Position numbers and translations under genes: made by a program. Shown here one piece after another: positions 23,337-33,410 of a stretch of DNA of 47,020 nucleotides. Numbering within the stretch: position 1 is the first letter of the stretch; every line of letters begins with the position of its first letter. The notes under the pieces are model-generated. The model did not search any database. It was not told the DNA's origin and saw only the letters and a program-made list of their open reading frames with translations. Source of the stretch: an uncultured Candidatus Saccharimonadales bacterium (lineage in GTDB: Bacteria; Patescibacteriota; Saccharimonadia; UBA4664; SCTI01); NCBI GenBank assembly GCA_964423965.1, contig CAYRGI010000001.1, forward strand, positions 15,872 to 62,891. Direction: 5' to 3'.

Positions 23337-24364
23337 GTAATCTAGATCTTAATAAAGCCTTAAGTGAAATTGAAAAAGCTTCTTCCGAAAAAGAGCTCAA
23401 TGAATTGCGCGTAAAATATCTGGGTAGAAACGGATTAATTACTCAGAAGCTTCGTTCTATTGGTGAGCTTAATGAGTCCGAGCGTAAAAAGGCAGGCGCT
23501 GAAGCAAATAAACAACGTTCACAAATTGAGAGTGCAATCTCTCAGTCGTTGAACAAGATACAACAGCTACAGATTAAAAATGACTTAAAAAATATAAACA
23601 TTGATGTTACCGCCCCGGTTAAACTCCCCATTGAGTGGGGCCATCATCATCCAGTTAATACGGTCATCGATGATATCGTTAAGGTTTTTTGGCAGATGGG
23701 TTACGAAGTAGTCGATGGCCCAGAAGTAGAAACTGAGTGGTACAACTTCGATGCACTACTGGTCGGCAAAGATCACCCCGCTAGAGATATGCAAGATACC
23801 TTCTATCTAGAAGAGGGTAATCTACCAAGAACTCACACTTCTAATATGCAGATAAGACATATGGAGGAAAATAAGCCTCCAATAAGGATCATCTCGGTTG
23901 GGAAGGTTTATCGCAACGAGGACGAGGACGCAAGGCATGTCTGGATGTTCAACCAGATTGAGGGGCTGGTGGTCGACGAAAACATTACGCTAGCTGATCT
24001 AAAGGGTACCTTGCTAGCTATGATGCAAGGAGTGCTCGGCCCCGATACGAAGCTACGATTGAGGCCAAGCTTTTTCCCGTACGTTGAGCCTGGCGTAGAA
24101 ATGGACGCAAGCTGCGTTATCTGTAAGGGAAGCGGCAGAGTTGATGATGCGGAATGCAAAACTTGCTCCGGGACTGGATGGCTTGAGATTGGTGGTGCCG
24201 GCATGGTTCATCCTCAAGTCTTGGTGAATGTGGACATCGACCCCAAGAAATACTCAGGATTTGCATTTGGCTTTGGCGCAGAGCGCATCGCAATGATAAA
24301 GCATGACGTTGGAGATTTACGCGAATTCTGGCGACCAAATCTTAAGTTCCTGGAGCAATTCTAA
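23333..24364 (+). CDS. pheS: Phenylalanine--tRNA ligase alpha subunit
   Basis: Class II motifs are present (HPARDMQDTFY, FRNE-like YRNEDEDARH, GFAFGFGAERIAM). Length is 343 aa. It has an unusual Cys-rich insert, CVICKGSGRVDDAECKTCSGTG. Confidence 0.92.
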   Translation: MSNLDLNKALSEIEKASSEKELNELRVKYLGRNGLITQKLRSIGELNESERKKAGAEANKQRSQIESAISQSLNKIQQLQIKNDLKNINIDVTAPVKLPIEWGHHHPVNTVIDDIVKVFWQMGYEVVDGPEVETEWYNFDALLVGKDHPARDMQDTFYLEEGNLPRTHTSNMQIRHMEENKPPIRIISVGKVYRNEDEDARHVWMFNQIEGLVVDENITLADLKGTLLAMMQGVLGPDTKLRLRPSFFPYVEPGVEMDASCVICKGSGRVDDAECKTCSGTGWLEIGGAGMVHPQVLVNVDIDPKKYSGFAFGFGAERIAMIKHDVGDLREFWRPNLKFLEQF

Positions 24365-26703
24365 TGAAAGTATCGGTTGAGTGGGTCAACAGTTTTCTGG
24401 AGAAAAAGCTGACAGCAAAGCAGATGGCGGATGCCATGGAGCTGGCAGCGATCGAGGTAGAGGACGTTTCTGAATCAAAAAGTTTCGACCCTAATATTGT
24501 TGTAGGGGAGGTTCTTGAGGTCACCGAGCATCCTAATGCAGATAAGCTTAGACTCGCTACGGTTGACGTTGGTAACTCCACAGTATTGGAAATTGTGTGT
24601 GGAGCACCCAACCTAGAGCCAGGCCAAAAAGTTCCTGTTGCACGAATAGGTTCAAAGCTTCCAAATGGTTTCGAGATTAAGAAGTCTAAGATCAGAGGCG
24701 TCAACTCTAATGGTATGATCTGCAGTGAAGCCGAATTGGAAATCAGCAGTGATCACGAGGGAATTATGATCCTACCAGAAGAAACCAAAATAGGTGCTAA
24801 ACTCGTTGATATAATTACATCAAGTGAAGTTATCGATGTTAAGACTCCTGCTAATCGTTGGGATCTCAACAGTGTAGTAGGTTTAGCACGCGAGGTTGCC
24901 TCCCAAACCGGTCAGAAGCTCGCTCGAAATTACCCAGAACAAAAATATAGCTCGGGCAATGATTTTGATGCGTCTGTAGAATCCAAGGACTTAGCGTCAA
25001 GTTATGTACTAGCAAGGCTCAAAGTTGATCAAGGCAAGCCTTCACCTGATTGGCTGGTGGATCGTTTAAGAGATTCTGGTATACGGCCAATCAGTGTCAT
25101 TGTAGATATTACGAATTACATAATGGTTGAGTATGGACAGCCTCTGCATGCGTTTGACGCTTCAAAGGTGGAAGGTTCGATCAATGTAAGACGAGCCAAG
25201 CAGGGGGAAGTTCTTACAACTCTAGATGGAGTCGTAAGAAAGCTGACTCCAGAGGATATAGTCATTGCAGACCAGGCAAAGGTTATCGGCTTTGCAGGGG
25301 TTATGGGTGGAGAGAATTCCGAGATTGACGAAAATACAACAGAAATATACTTGGAAGCTGCAAGTTTTCATCCAGCCAGCTTAAGGAAAACTGCTATTAG
25401 GTTTGGATTAAGAACTGATGCTTCCGCTAGGTTCGAGAGGGGGCTTCCGAATAATCTTCAACTCATCTCATTTGGAGGGGGCTCGGGAAAGAATAAGGGT
25501 GCCCTGGATTTGCTGGTTGAGTTAGCCGATGCAAAGATACTGGGGGTAAAAGCAATCTCAAAGCCTGATGCAGTAAACAATCTCACCGCCGATAGTAACC
25601 GGATTAGTGGACTGCTCGGAATTGAGTTGAGTGCCCAAAAGATCGCCAGCGAGTTAAATAAGCTAGGCTTTAATGCACAAACCGGTTCCGGCAACGAAGT
25701 CAGAGTCCAAATACCGTGGTGGAGAACTGATGTAAAAATGGAGGCAGATGTTGCTGAAGAGGTAATCAAGCTAGTTGGCTTTGAGTCTCTGCCGTCAACA
25801 ATACCGAGCTGGCGACCACTGAATATCAAATTCGATAGTCACTGGAGTAATATTTGGAAGATGAAATCTGTTCTTATGTCATTGGGCCTATTTGAGGTAT
25901 CAACCTATTCTTTCATCAGCCCACAACATATTGAGCAGGTTGGCTGGGATCTAAAGGGGCACCTTAAACTTAAAAACCCACTTTCCAGCGAACAGGCCTA
26001 CTTACGTAGCTCGCTATTCCCAAGCTTGCTTTCAACTGCGGCGAAAAACCGTCATTACTCAAAAAACTTCGGCATGTTTGAACTATCTAAGCTGTTTCAC
26101 AAAACTCAGAAGGGGCAGCTACCGGTCGAGTCTCCGTATCTTGGTGTAATCACTGTTCGGGAAAAAGATGCATACAAACAAGTTAAAGCGACAATTGATC
26201 GCCTTGCCGCCGACTTCAACGTACAACTCCAGGTTGAGCCATTTGTATTTGACCCGAATATTGCTCACCCCTCAAGAGCTGCTGAAATTGTAATCAACGG
26301 AGAAAGGCGGGGCATAATTGGCCAACTCCATCCGGAGCTTACTTCTAAAAACAAAATTAGCGGTGAGGTTGGTTATCTCGAGCTGGATTGGGACGCGTTT
26401 GTTGGAGCGAGCCGACCAAAAACCTCGCGTAGTTTGAGTAGGTACCCAGAGATTAGTCGCGATTTATCAATTGAAATAGATGTAAGCGTTCCTTGGGTAG
26501 AAGTCGAGAGAGAATTAACTGGTTATAAAGTTGAGTTCATAAGTGATTATTACGGAAAGGGAGTTTCAAAAAATAAGAAGTCCCTCACTTTGCGTTTAAC
26601 ATTTAGATCTGACGAACGAACTCTTACAGATAAGGAAGCTGATAAAATGGCTCAAAAGGCGGTTGATGTCCTTAAGAACAAGTTTGGTGCTCAACTCCGA
26701 TAA
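24364..26703 (+). CDS. pheT: Phenylalanine--tRNA ligase beta subunit
   Basis: It has an N-terminal tRNA-binding OB domain (HPNADKLRLATVDVG...VCGAPN), B3/4 and B5 domains, and a C-terminal FDX-ACB domain. Length is 779 aa. The start overlaps the pheS stop codon (TAATG). Confidence 0.92.
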   Translation: MKVSVEWVNSFLEKKLTAKQMADAMELAAIEVEDVSESKSFDPNIVVGEVLEVTEHPNADKLRLATVDVGNSTVLEIVCGAPNLEPGQKVPVARIGSKLPNGFEIKKSKIRGVNSNGMICSEAELEISSDHEGIMILPEETKIGAKLVDIITSSEVIDVKTPANRWDLNSVVGLAREVASQTGQKLARNYPEQKYSSGNDFDASVESKDLASSYVLARLKVDQGKPSPDWLVDRLRDSGIRPISVIVDITNYIMVEYGQPLHAFDASKVEGSINVRRAKQGEVLTTLDGVVRKLTPEDIVIADQAKVIGFAGVMGGENSEIDENTTEIYLEAASFHPASLRKTAIRFGLRTDASARFERGLPNNLQLISFGGGSGKNKGALDLLVELADAKILGVKAISKPDAVNNLTADSNRISGLLGIELSAQKIASELNKLGFNAQTGSGNEVRVQIPWWRTDVKMEADVAEEVIKLVGFESLPSTIPSWRPLNIKFDSHWSNIWKMKSVLMSLGLFEVSTYSFISPQHIEQVGWDLKGHLKLKNPLSSEQAYLRSSLFPSLLSTAAKNRHYSKNFGMFELSKLFHKTQKGQLPVESPYLGVITVREKDAYKQVKATIDRLAADFNVQLQVEPFVFDPNIAHPSRAAEIVINGERRGIIGQLHPELTSKNKISGEVGYLELDWDAFVGASRPKTSRSLSRYPEISRDLSIEIDVSVPWVEVERELTGYKVEFISDYYGKGVSKNKKSLTLRLTFRSDERTLTDKEADKMAQKAVDVLKNKFGAQLR

Positions 26704-26763
26704 AAGGGGTAGCCAAGTAAAAACCATAAGCGTTATAATGAAGGCTGTAAGTATGGAGCCGCA

Positions 26764-28248
26764 TTGCAGGCTGACGCTCACGAAAAAAATACAATTCCAT
26801 CTGTAAATCCAGTTTATCGACAGGATGTTTTTGGTGAGCCCGTTTCGCGTATAAGGCAAGCAGCCTTCATCATTGGTGGTTTTCTTCTCGTTGCACTAAG
26901 TACCGCTCAGGTACTCATTGGATCAATCTATGCAGGCAAAGCATACCCTGGCGTTAAAGTGGCAGCGCAAGATATAGGTGGCATGACAAGAGAGCAGGCC
27001 AAGGAGCTTCTACAGCAAAAAATTAATGGCTACAAGGTTACGATCAAAGTTGATACCAAGACTTATACCGCAACTCCAGAAGAAGCTGGTATTAGTTATG
27101 ACCTAAACTCAACTCTGGACGATGCGTTTGTTCAGGGTAAAAAGCAGTGGTTTGCGCCAGTAGGCCTATATCAGACGATAAACTCTGTAGGCATAAACTA
27201 TTCCTACAAAGTTGATAATGACAAAAAGAAAGCTTTTGTCGACAAGATCGTAACAGAAACCGGGAAGGCTCCTGTTGACGCAACGGTCGTTATTGAAAAC
27301 GGTGAACCTAAGGTACAGCCTGATCAAAATGGGATCGGGCTTAGTTCTTCGCAGGTGGAAAATGCTTTGTTTGAGCGAGTTTCTACAGTTGACCCTGATC
27401 CGGTCGGTTTATCTCAAAGCTCTCAGCCGGCCAGGATAAAAGCTAAGGATGTGGAGCCGGCAATCAAGGAGACAAAGCAGCTACTTTCAACTCCTGTAAC
27501 GATTACATATCAAGGCAAGGTCTTTCAGCCGACGCCTTCTGATATGAGCAACTGGTACGCATTCGAAAAGACTCAACCAGAAGAGCCCGCTGGCGTTAAG
27601 CCAGTCGTTAACTCTGATGGGATCAAGAACTATTTGCAGAAGGTCGCTATCCAGATAAACGTTAATCCGATCAACAAGAAGGTAAAGATTGAGAATGGAG
27701 TTTCTCAAGTTGAAAGAGAGGGTGCGGAAGGCCTCGCATTAGATCAAGACACTCTTTCAGCTCAAATTGCCGAAGCAGTTGGTCAGAAGAAGTCATTCAC
27801 CGGTGAGGCTCCCACAGTAAAGCTAGGCTTTAAAACTGAGACAAACAGAGTTACAACGCTCGCCTACGGAAAGTACATCGAGATCAACCTATCACGGCAG
27901 TATATGTGGGTTTATCAAGATCAGAAAGTAATATTTGAGTCGCCGATAACCAGTGGGGCAGCAGGTGCCGGTTTTCCCACAGTTCAAGGACTGTTCTCGG
28001 TTCTTGCCAAGCAGACGAACCGTAACCTTAACGGGTACGCCATCGGTTACAACTACAATGTGTTCGTAAAGTACTGGATGCCATTCTTTGGGAACTATGG
28101 ACTACATGATGCCAGCTGGCGCTCAAGCTTTGGTGGATCAGATTACTATTACGGTGGATCCCATGGTTGCGTAAATATGCCGCTAAACGCCGCCGCATTC
28201 CTTTATGGGTGGGCCGATGTTGGCACTCCAGTTTGGGTCCATTCTTAA
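26764..28248 (+). CDS. Membrane-anchored L,D-transpeptidase (YkuD domain)
   Basis: An N-terminal TM helix is present. The C-terminal GLHDASWRSSFGG...GGSHGCVNMP matches the YkuD catalytic His/Cys motif. The start is a TTG; a TATAAT lies at 26734-26739. Confidence 0.8.
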   Translation: MQADAHEKNTIPSVNPVYRQDVFGEPVSRIRQAAFIIGGFLLVALSTAQVLIGSIYAGKAYPGVKVAAQDIGGMTREQAKELLQQKINGYKVTIKVDTKTYTATPEEAGISYDLNSTLDDAFVQGKKQWFAPVGLYQTINSVGINYSYKVDNDKKKAFVDKIVTETGKAPVDATVVIENGEPKVQPDQNGIGLSSSQVENALFERVSTVDPDPVGLSQSSQPARIKAKDVEPAIKETKQLLSTPVTITYQGKVFQPTPSDMSNWYAFEKTQPEEPAGVKPVVNSDGIKNYLQKVAIQINVNPINKKVKIENGVSQVEREGAEGLALDQDTLSAQIAEAVGQKKSFTGEAPTVKLGFKTETNRVTTLAYGKYIEINLSRQYMWVYQDQKVIFESPITSGAAGAGFPTVQGLFSVLAKQTNRNLNGYAIGYNYNVFVKYWMPFFGNYGLHDASWRSSFGGSDYYYGGSHGCVNMPLNAAAFLYGWADVGTPVWVHS

Positions 28249-28323
28249 GATAGAAAACAAGACATATCATCCTATTGGAATTCAACCATAAGTGGTATAA
28301 TTTCCATAAGATAGGGGACAGAT

Positions 28324-28740
28324 ATGGAGCCAACACAAAATCCGAACGTTAATCCAAACGTTCAACCTATGCCAGAAAACGGGAACATTCCCGAAAACTT
28401 GCACGCACCTGGGGCGCCCGAGGTAGCGCCGATAACACCACAGGCAGCACCATCATCAAATAATGCGCCGGCTACACCTGTGCAGGTGCCTCAAAATCAA
28501 CCTCAAACTCCGGTTGCTGGTAATCCAGCTGCCCAGCAGGGTGCACCCGAGGCAAATGGTGCACCCGCTGTTGCAGGAGACGTTGATGTTATCGAAAAGG
28601 AATGGGTCGATCAGGCAAACAAAATAGTTGATCAAACCAAGGAAGATCCTTATGCCGAAGAAGAAGCGGTCGAGGCACTACAGGTAGATTATCTAAAAAA
28701 GCGCTATGGTCACTCGGTAAAAAAGCCAGGTGAGAAGTAG
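28324..28740 (+). CDS. Hypothetical protein with a Pro/Ala/Gln-rich N-terminus and a conserved-looking helical C-terminus
   Basis: 138-aa ORF with GGGGA upstream of the ATG. It lies directly upstream of the large ATPase gene. Confidence 0.55.
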   Translation: MEPTQNPNVNPNVQPMPENGNIPENLHAPGAPEVAPITPQAAPSSNNAPATPVQVPQNQPQTPVAGNPAAQQGAPEANGAPAVAGDVDVIEKEWVDQANKIVDQTKEDPYAEEEAVEALQVDYLKKRYGHSVKKPGEK

Positions 28741-28772
28741 GAAAATAATAGAAGCATGAGGCATCATTCGAG

Positions 28773-31700
28773 GTGAGTGGAATTGCAGGGTTAGTCGCAA
28801 TATTTGTTGTTGTCGCTCTAATACTTGGCGTCTTTTCATTTTTCGCTTACCGTCGAGTTTTGAGGAGGGCAAAGGGGATAGAACGTGGTCTAAAGATGGT
28901 CCCGCTATTAATCCATCTGCCGCCACCTTCAGATGAATCCGAGCAGCAAACTATGCGCGATGTTCGTGATGTCATGCGAGAGAAAGCATCCCAAGCTCAA
29001 ACACTTTATGACCTGATCGCTGGTACTGCTCAACCCGGGCTTAAGAGTACGTTTTATGGTCAGCGTCATATTGCCTTCGAGGTTATTGCATCAAATGGCT
29101 TGGTGCATTTTTTCACTGCTGTGCCGGTGGCTTTGGTTAGTACTATTGAGCAAGCCATACAAACTGCATATCCAGGAGCACGTATAGAAGAGGTTGAGGA
29201 CCACAACATCTTTAATCCACAAGGGAAGCTGTCCGGCACCGTTGGTGGCGAGCTTGTGCTGAAGCAAGAATACTCATACCCGATCGAGACTCTTGACCAA
29301 ATGGAGAGAGATCCAATTGAGGGCCTTCTTAATGCGTTGATTAAGTTACAACAAGGTGATGGCGCTGCAGTTCAAATTATGCTCAGGCCGGCAAAACCCA
29401 AATGGTCAAATCGTGGTAAATTCTTGGTTGCTCGAAAACGCCGCCAGCGTCAAGGCACGCTCGATATTAATCCTGCCGACATTGCTAAAGCGGCATATAA
29501 ATCACCTGATGAGTGGCATCAGGAGTCCGTTCAGTATCAGCCGAGCAAGCTTGAAGAAACCATGCTTCAAGCGATGGAAGAGAAGATGCGCCATCCAGGG
29601 TTTGAGGTTCTTATTCGCGTAATAGCAAGCTCAACCACATATGACAAGGCGGAGATGATTTTAAGGAATCTAATCAATAGCTTTGCTCTGTATGAGGCAC
29701 CTGGTTCCAACGGCTTCCGGTTCCTTGAGTCTCGGGACATACAGGGCCTAGTTACTGCATTTATCTTCAGATTCTTCCCACCAGAAGTTACAAGCAATAT
29801 TCTTGCAACCAATGAGCTTGCGACGCTTTTTCATCTGCCGAACGACCAATTTACAGCCAGCACAGCAGTCGAGAGGCAGCTATCTAAACAGGTGGATGGC
29901 CCGGTTAATCTGCCTTCAACAGGGCTACTACTTGGGTACAACATGTATCGAGGCGTTAAGAAAGAGATTCGTCTTAGCGAGGAAGATCGTCGTCGACACA
30001 TGTACATCATCGGTCAAACTGGTACAGGTAAGTCGACAATTCTCGAAAACCTTGTCGTCCAAGACATGCTCGCTGGCCGAGGGCTAGCATTTATTGATCC
30101 CCATGGTGACGCTGCCGAGAAATTACTCAAGATGGTCCCCAAAGAAAGGGCAGAGGATGTAGTTTACTTCAATCCGGCAGATATGGAGCATCCGCTTGGC
30201 ATCAACCTGTTTGAGTTTGATACGCCCGAGCAAAAAGACTTCATTATTCAGGAGTCAATAAACATGCTCTATAAGCTTTACGACCCCGATAAGACTGGAA
30301 TAATAGGACCGCGATTTGAGCACTGGTTCAGAAGTGCTGCATTAACCCTGATGGCAGATCCTCAAGGGTCGTCTTTTATTGAAATTCCAAAAGTGTTTAC
30401 AGATACAACTTACTTAAAAAATAAATTTAAATATCTCAAAGATCCAACCGTAATTGATTTCTGGACCAAGGAAATGGGGCAGACAAGTGATTACCACAAG
30501 AGTGAAATGTTAGGGTGGTTCGTGAGTAAGTTCGGCGCATTCCAATCAAACGATATGATGCGCAATATTATCGGTCAGACCGAGTCGGCATTTAATATTC
30601 GCGACATTATGGATAAGAAGAAGATTTTGATCATTAACCTTAGCAAGGGAATGACTGGAGAGTTGAACTCGAAGTTGCTTGGAATGATCTTTGTTATCAA
30701 GATTCAAGCAGCTGCCATGAGCCGGTCCAATGTACCCGAGAGTGAGAGGGCAGATTTTAGTCTGATAGTTGATGAGTTCCAAAACTTTTCGACAGATTCA
30801 TTCGCTAGCATATTAAGTGAGGCCAGAAAGTACCGACTTAACTTAGTCGTTGCTAACCAGTTTATAGGTCAGTTGAGCGAAGAGATCAGGGAAGCAGTAT
30901 TCGGTAACATCGGAACAATGATGAGTTACCGTTGTGGTCCTGAGGACGCGGAATTCTTGGTCAAACAGTTCCAGCCGATGTTTACTGAGCGCGATCTTAT
31001 CAATATCCCTAACTTTAACGCAGTTATGAAGCTGCTTATTGGGGGACTACCTTCGCTTCCATTTAGTATCGCTGCGATGCCCCCACTGGGTCAGATGAAC
31101 GACGAGATGGGTCTTGCCGTAAAGCAGTTGAGCGCCGCCAAGTTTGGTGTTCAGCGATCCCAGGTCGAAGCCGATATATTTGCCCGACTTCAAAACCAAC
31201 CTCGTCCTAACTTAATGCCAGCCCAATCTCCGCAGCCGGCTCCAGCTCCTACTCCAGTTGCCCAGCCATCAGCTCAAACTCAGCCGTTAGCAGTACAAAC
31301 ACAGGTGCAACCTCAGCCACAGCCTCAGTCTCAAACCCCAACGGTTCAAACACTCCCGCCCAAGCCAATTGAGCCACCACAACCCGCTGTTGCAGCTCAA
31401 CCACAATATGTAGAATCTCCAAGTCAGCCACCAGCCCAACAGCCTCCCGTCTTACCGCAAATGCCTGGAGCTGTTCCGGCCACACCGTCTACCACCCCAC
31501 AGGTTCAGCAATCGGTGGATACTGTTACTGCGCAGCCGATTCAATCGCCGCCGGCTCAGTCGGTTCAGCCTGCACCAGTTGAATCAAAACCTGCGGCTAA
31601 ATCAGATCTAACCCTGACCAGTCTCCAAAAACCGGTGGCCGCTTCATCAAAACCAGTAAGCCCGCCCGCCTCGTCTAAATCAGATACAAACCAAATCGCC

Positions 31701-32855
31701 GACATTGTGGGCCCACCTGATATAAAACCGGCTACTACGACAAAACCGGTAGCGCTAATAGAGGCTCACGAGGAAGATGGTTATACTGATACTTCTTCAG
31801 TGGAGAATGCACCTACTGCGCCTCAATCTGTTTCGCCGCCAATGCAAGTTGCCCCAATAAATACACCAAGCTCTCCGCCAAAGTCAGATCCGACTCCAGC
31901 TCAAGCTCCAGCTTCAAAACAAATACCAACCCCTTCAGCTACCAGTTCGACTGATAGCGAAGAAGCGAAGCTCAATAAAGAGCTCCAAAAGGACGTTGAG
32001 GAGTCGATGAAGGCGGTTGCTCAGACCAAATCTTTCACGCCTCCAGAAAATCCTATTCCTCCGGCACCGCCCAAGTCTGCTCGAGCAACGTCGGATCCAC
32101 TTGAAGATATCACCGACAAATTAAATCAAGAATTAGAGCAAAAACTTGAGTCCGCATCGCATCCACTAATAAAACCCAAGGAATCGATATCTGTGCAGGC
32201 TGTGAAACCAAATCCTGCCCCTGCAACAGCACCAGCTCCATCGACATCGCCAGCTTCTGTTCCAGCTCCTTCTACAAGCGTCCCACCAAAGGTGGATCCC
32301 ACTCAAGCAACGGTATCCGTAAAAGCTCCAGACGTACCAGCTAAATCTGCGCCTACAGCTCCAAATACGCCTCAAACGGTAGTTCCTGCACAACCAGTTG
32401 CTCAGCCGCCATCTGGTCCTGCGGCAGGTAAGACGATGATTGCTACACATAGGAGTCCAAGGATTCCTGATACGAATCTGGCACCCCAGCCCGCAGCTCA
32501 GGAGTCAACGCTTGCTGAGCCAGAACCACCTACCATTGCTGTGCCAGCTCCTGTAGAGCCTAAGCCTTCATATACAGAGAGCGCTGCACCAAAGAAAGTT
32601 GTCATTGCCCCAGCGCCATCAAGCCAGCCCGTGCCGATTCCTAAAGATCCAAATCCCTTGCCGCCACCGCCAGCCCCTGGAACATCTTTCGCTCCAGCTT
32701 CACCTATAAAAATGGTGAATCAACAACCTCTGCCACAACCTGAACCGTCCACATCCGAGAAGGTGGATAATGCTTCTGCTCAGAAAGAGCAAGCACCTGA
32801 TCTCAAGCCAGGCGAAATTCGCATAGATAAAGACGGTAACGTAATTACTGGATAA
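28773..32855 (+). CDS. Membrane-anchored TraG/VirD4/HerA-like P-loop NTPase with a very long Pro/Gln/Ala/Ser-rich C-terminal tail
   Basis: N-terminal TM helix (GLVAIFVVVALILGVFSFFAY), Walker A GQTGTGKST followed by FIDPHGD, Walker B LIVDEFQNF, then ARKYRLNLVVANQ. The tail from about aa 806 is low complexity. The start codon is GTG. Confidence 0.6.
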   Translation: MSGIAGLVAIFVVVALILGVFSFFAYRRVLRRAKGIERGLKMVPLLIHLPPPSDESEQQTMRDVRDVMREKASQAQTLYDLIAGTAQPGLKSTFYGQRHIAFEVIASNGLVHFFTAVPVALVSTIEQAIQTAYPGARIEEVEDHNIFNPQGKLSGTVGGELVLKQEYSYPIETLDQMERDPIEGLLNALIKLQQGDGAAVQIMLRPAKPKWSNRGKFLVARKRRQRQGTLDINPADIAKAAYKSPDEWHQESVQYQPSKLEETMLQAMEEKMRHPGFEVLIRVIASSTTYDKAEMILRNLINSFALYEAPGSNGFRFLESRDIQGLVTAFIFRFFPPEVTSNILATNELATLFHLPNDQFTASTAVERQLSKQVDGPVNLPSTGLLLGYNMYRGVKKEIRLSEEDRRRHMYIIGQTGTGKSTILENLVVQDMLAGRGLAFIDPHGDAAEKLLKMVPKERAEDVVYFNPADMEHPLGINLFEFDTPEQKDFIIQESINMLYKLYDPDKTGIIGPRFEHWFRSAALTLMADPQGSSFIEIPKVFTDTTYLKNKFKYLKDPTVIDFWTKEMGQTSDYHKSEMLGWFVSKFGAFQSNDMMRNIIGQTESAFNIRDIMDKKKILIINLSKGMTGELNSKLLGMIFVIKIQAAAMSRSNVPESERADFSLIVDEFQNFSTDSFASILSEARKYRLNLVVANQFIGQLSEEIREAVFGNIGTMMSYRCGPEDAEFLVKQFQPMFTERDLINIPNFNAVMKLLIGGLPSLPFSIAAMPPLGQMNDEMGLAVKQLSAAKFGVQRSQVEADIFARLQNQPRPNLMPAQSPQPAPAPTPVAQPSAQTQPLAVQTQVQPQPQPQSQTPTVQTLPPKPIEPPQPAVAAQPQYVESPSQPPAQQPPVLPQMPGAVPATPSTTPQVQQSVDTVTAQPIQSPPAQSVQPAPVESKPAAKSDLTLTSLQKPVAASSKPVSPPASSKSDTNQIADIVGPPDIKPATTTKPVALIEAHEEDGYTDTSSVENAPTAPQSVSPPMQVAPINTPSSPPKSDPTPAQAPASKQIPTPSATSSTDSEEAKLNKELQKDVEESMKAVAQTKSFTPPENPIPPAPPKSARATSDPLEDITDKLNQELEQKLESASHPLIKPKESISVQAVKPNPAPATAPAPSTSPASVPAPSTSVPPKVDPTQATVSVKAPDVPAKSAPTAPNTPQTVVPAQPVAQPPSGPAAGKTMIATHRSPRIPDTNLAPQPAAQESTLAEPEPPTIAVPAPVEPKPSYTESAAPKKVVIAPAPSSQPVPIPKDPNPLPPPPAPGTSFAPASPIKMVNQQPLPQPEPSTSEKVDNASAQKEQAPDLKPGEIRIDKDGNVITG
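31190..32855 (+). repeat. Low-complexity coding region of about 555 codons (Pro/Gln/Ala/Ser/Thr-rich)
   Basis: The region has runs such as QPQPQPQSQTP, PAPATAPAPSTSPASVPAPSTSVPP and PLPPPPAPG. It generates spurious antisense ORFs (31249-31485, 32166-32450). Confidence 0.8.
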
Positions 32856-33410
32856 CTAAAATCTGCCGCGAATCCGGCGGACGGATTTCAGAATTCCCTC
32901 AATGATTAGGCCGAGTACGCCGCCGATCACAAGTGCAAAGAGAATTTCTGAGCCACTTAGCAAGAACCCATTGGCTCGAGCAAAGAAGTACATAGCGCCG
33001 CCGATCAACACTGCAGTTGTTGTTGCCCCAAGAGTTACAGATGGGCGAAATACAGTTTTGCCTAGTGCTTCACTTGTTGAGTCTACAACTGGTGAGTGAA
33101 TAAACTTACTAAATTGGCGTGTAGCCGGTTTCATTCGGTGTTGTAGGCTACGCATAGTGTTCTTGTAGTTTATTGAAGGCGTAATGAGCCTATGATGAGC
33201 ATGCCCGCCCTCGTTCTTGGTAGTCGTCTCATTCTTGGGTTGTACGGCCTCTGCCTGCTTAAGCATCTCCCGAGCTTTTTCGATGCTTTTCTCCTTGTTT
33301 TCCGGCCTTTCTCCATGGTTCTCGATCGACTTAAGTCTCTCTGCAGCCGCTCGCTCAATCTCGTTGTTGCTAGATCGTCGGTGCTCTACATTGCTAAGCT
33401 TTTCGCTCAT
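32856..33410 (-). CDS. Hypothetical membrane protein (charged N-terminus, two C-terminal TM helices)
   Basis: 184-aa ORF. Its start overlaps the upstream LPXTG gene's stop codon by 4 nt, which suggests an operon. Confidence 0.6.
   Translation of the reverse strand: MSEKLSNVEHRRSSNNEIERAAAERLKSIENHGERPENKEKSIEKAREMLKQAEAVQPKNETTTKNEGGHAHHRLITPSINYKNTMRSLQHRMKPATRQFSKFIHSPVVDSTSEALGKTVFRPSVTLGATTTAVLIGGAMYFFARANGFLLSGSEILFALVIGGVLGLIIEGILKSVRRIRGRF

Noticed and set aside
24100-24170. Cys-rich insert (CVICKGSGRVDDAECKTCSGTG) in PheS, considered as a sign of gene fusion.
   Set aside because: It is short, in frame and flanked by normal class II motifs. It is most likely a lineage-specific zinc-knuckle insertion and not a separate feature.
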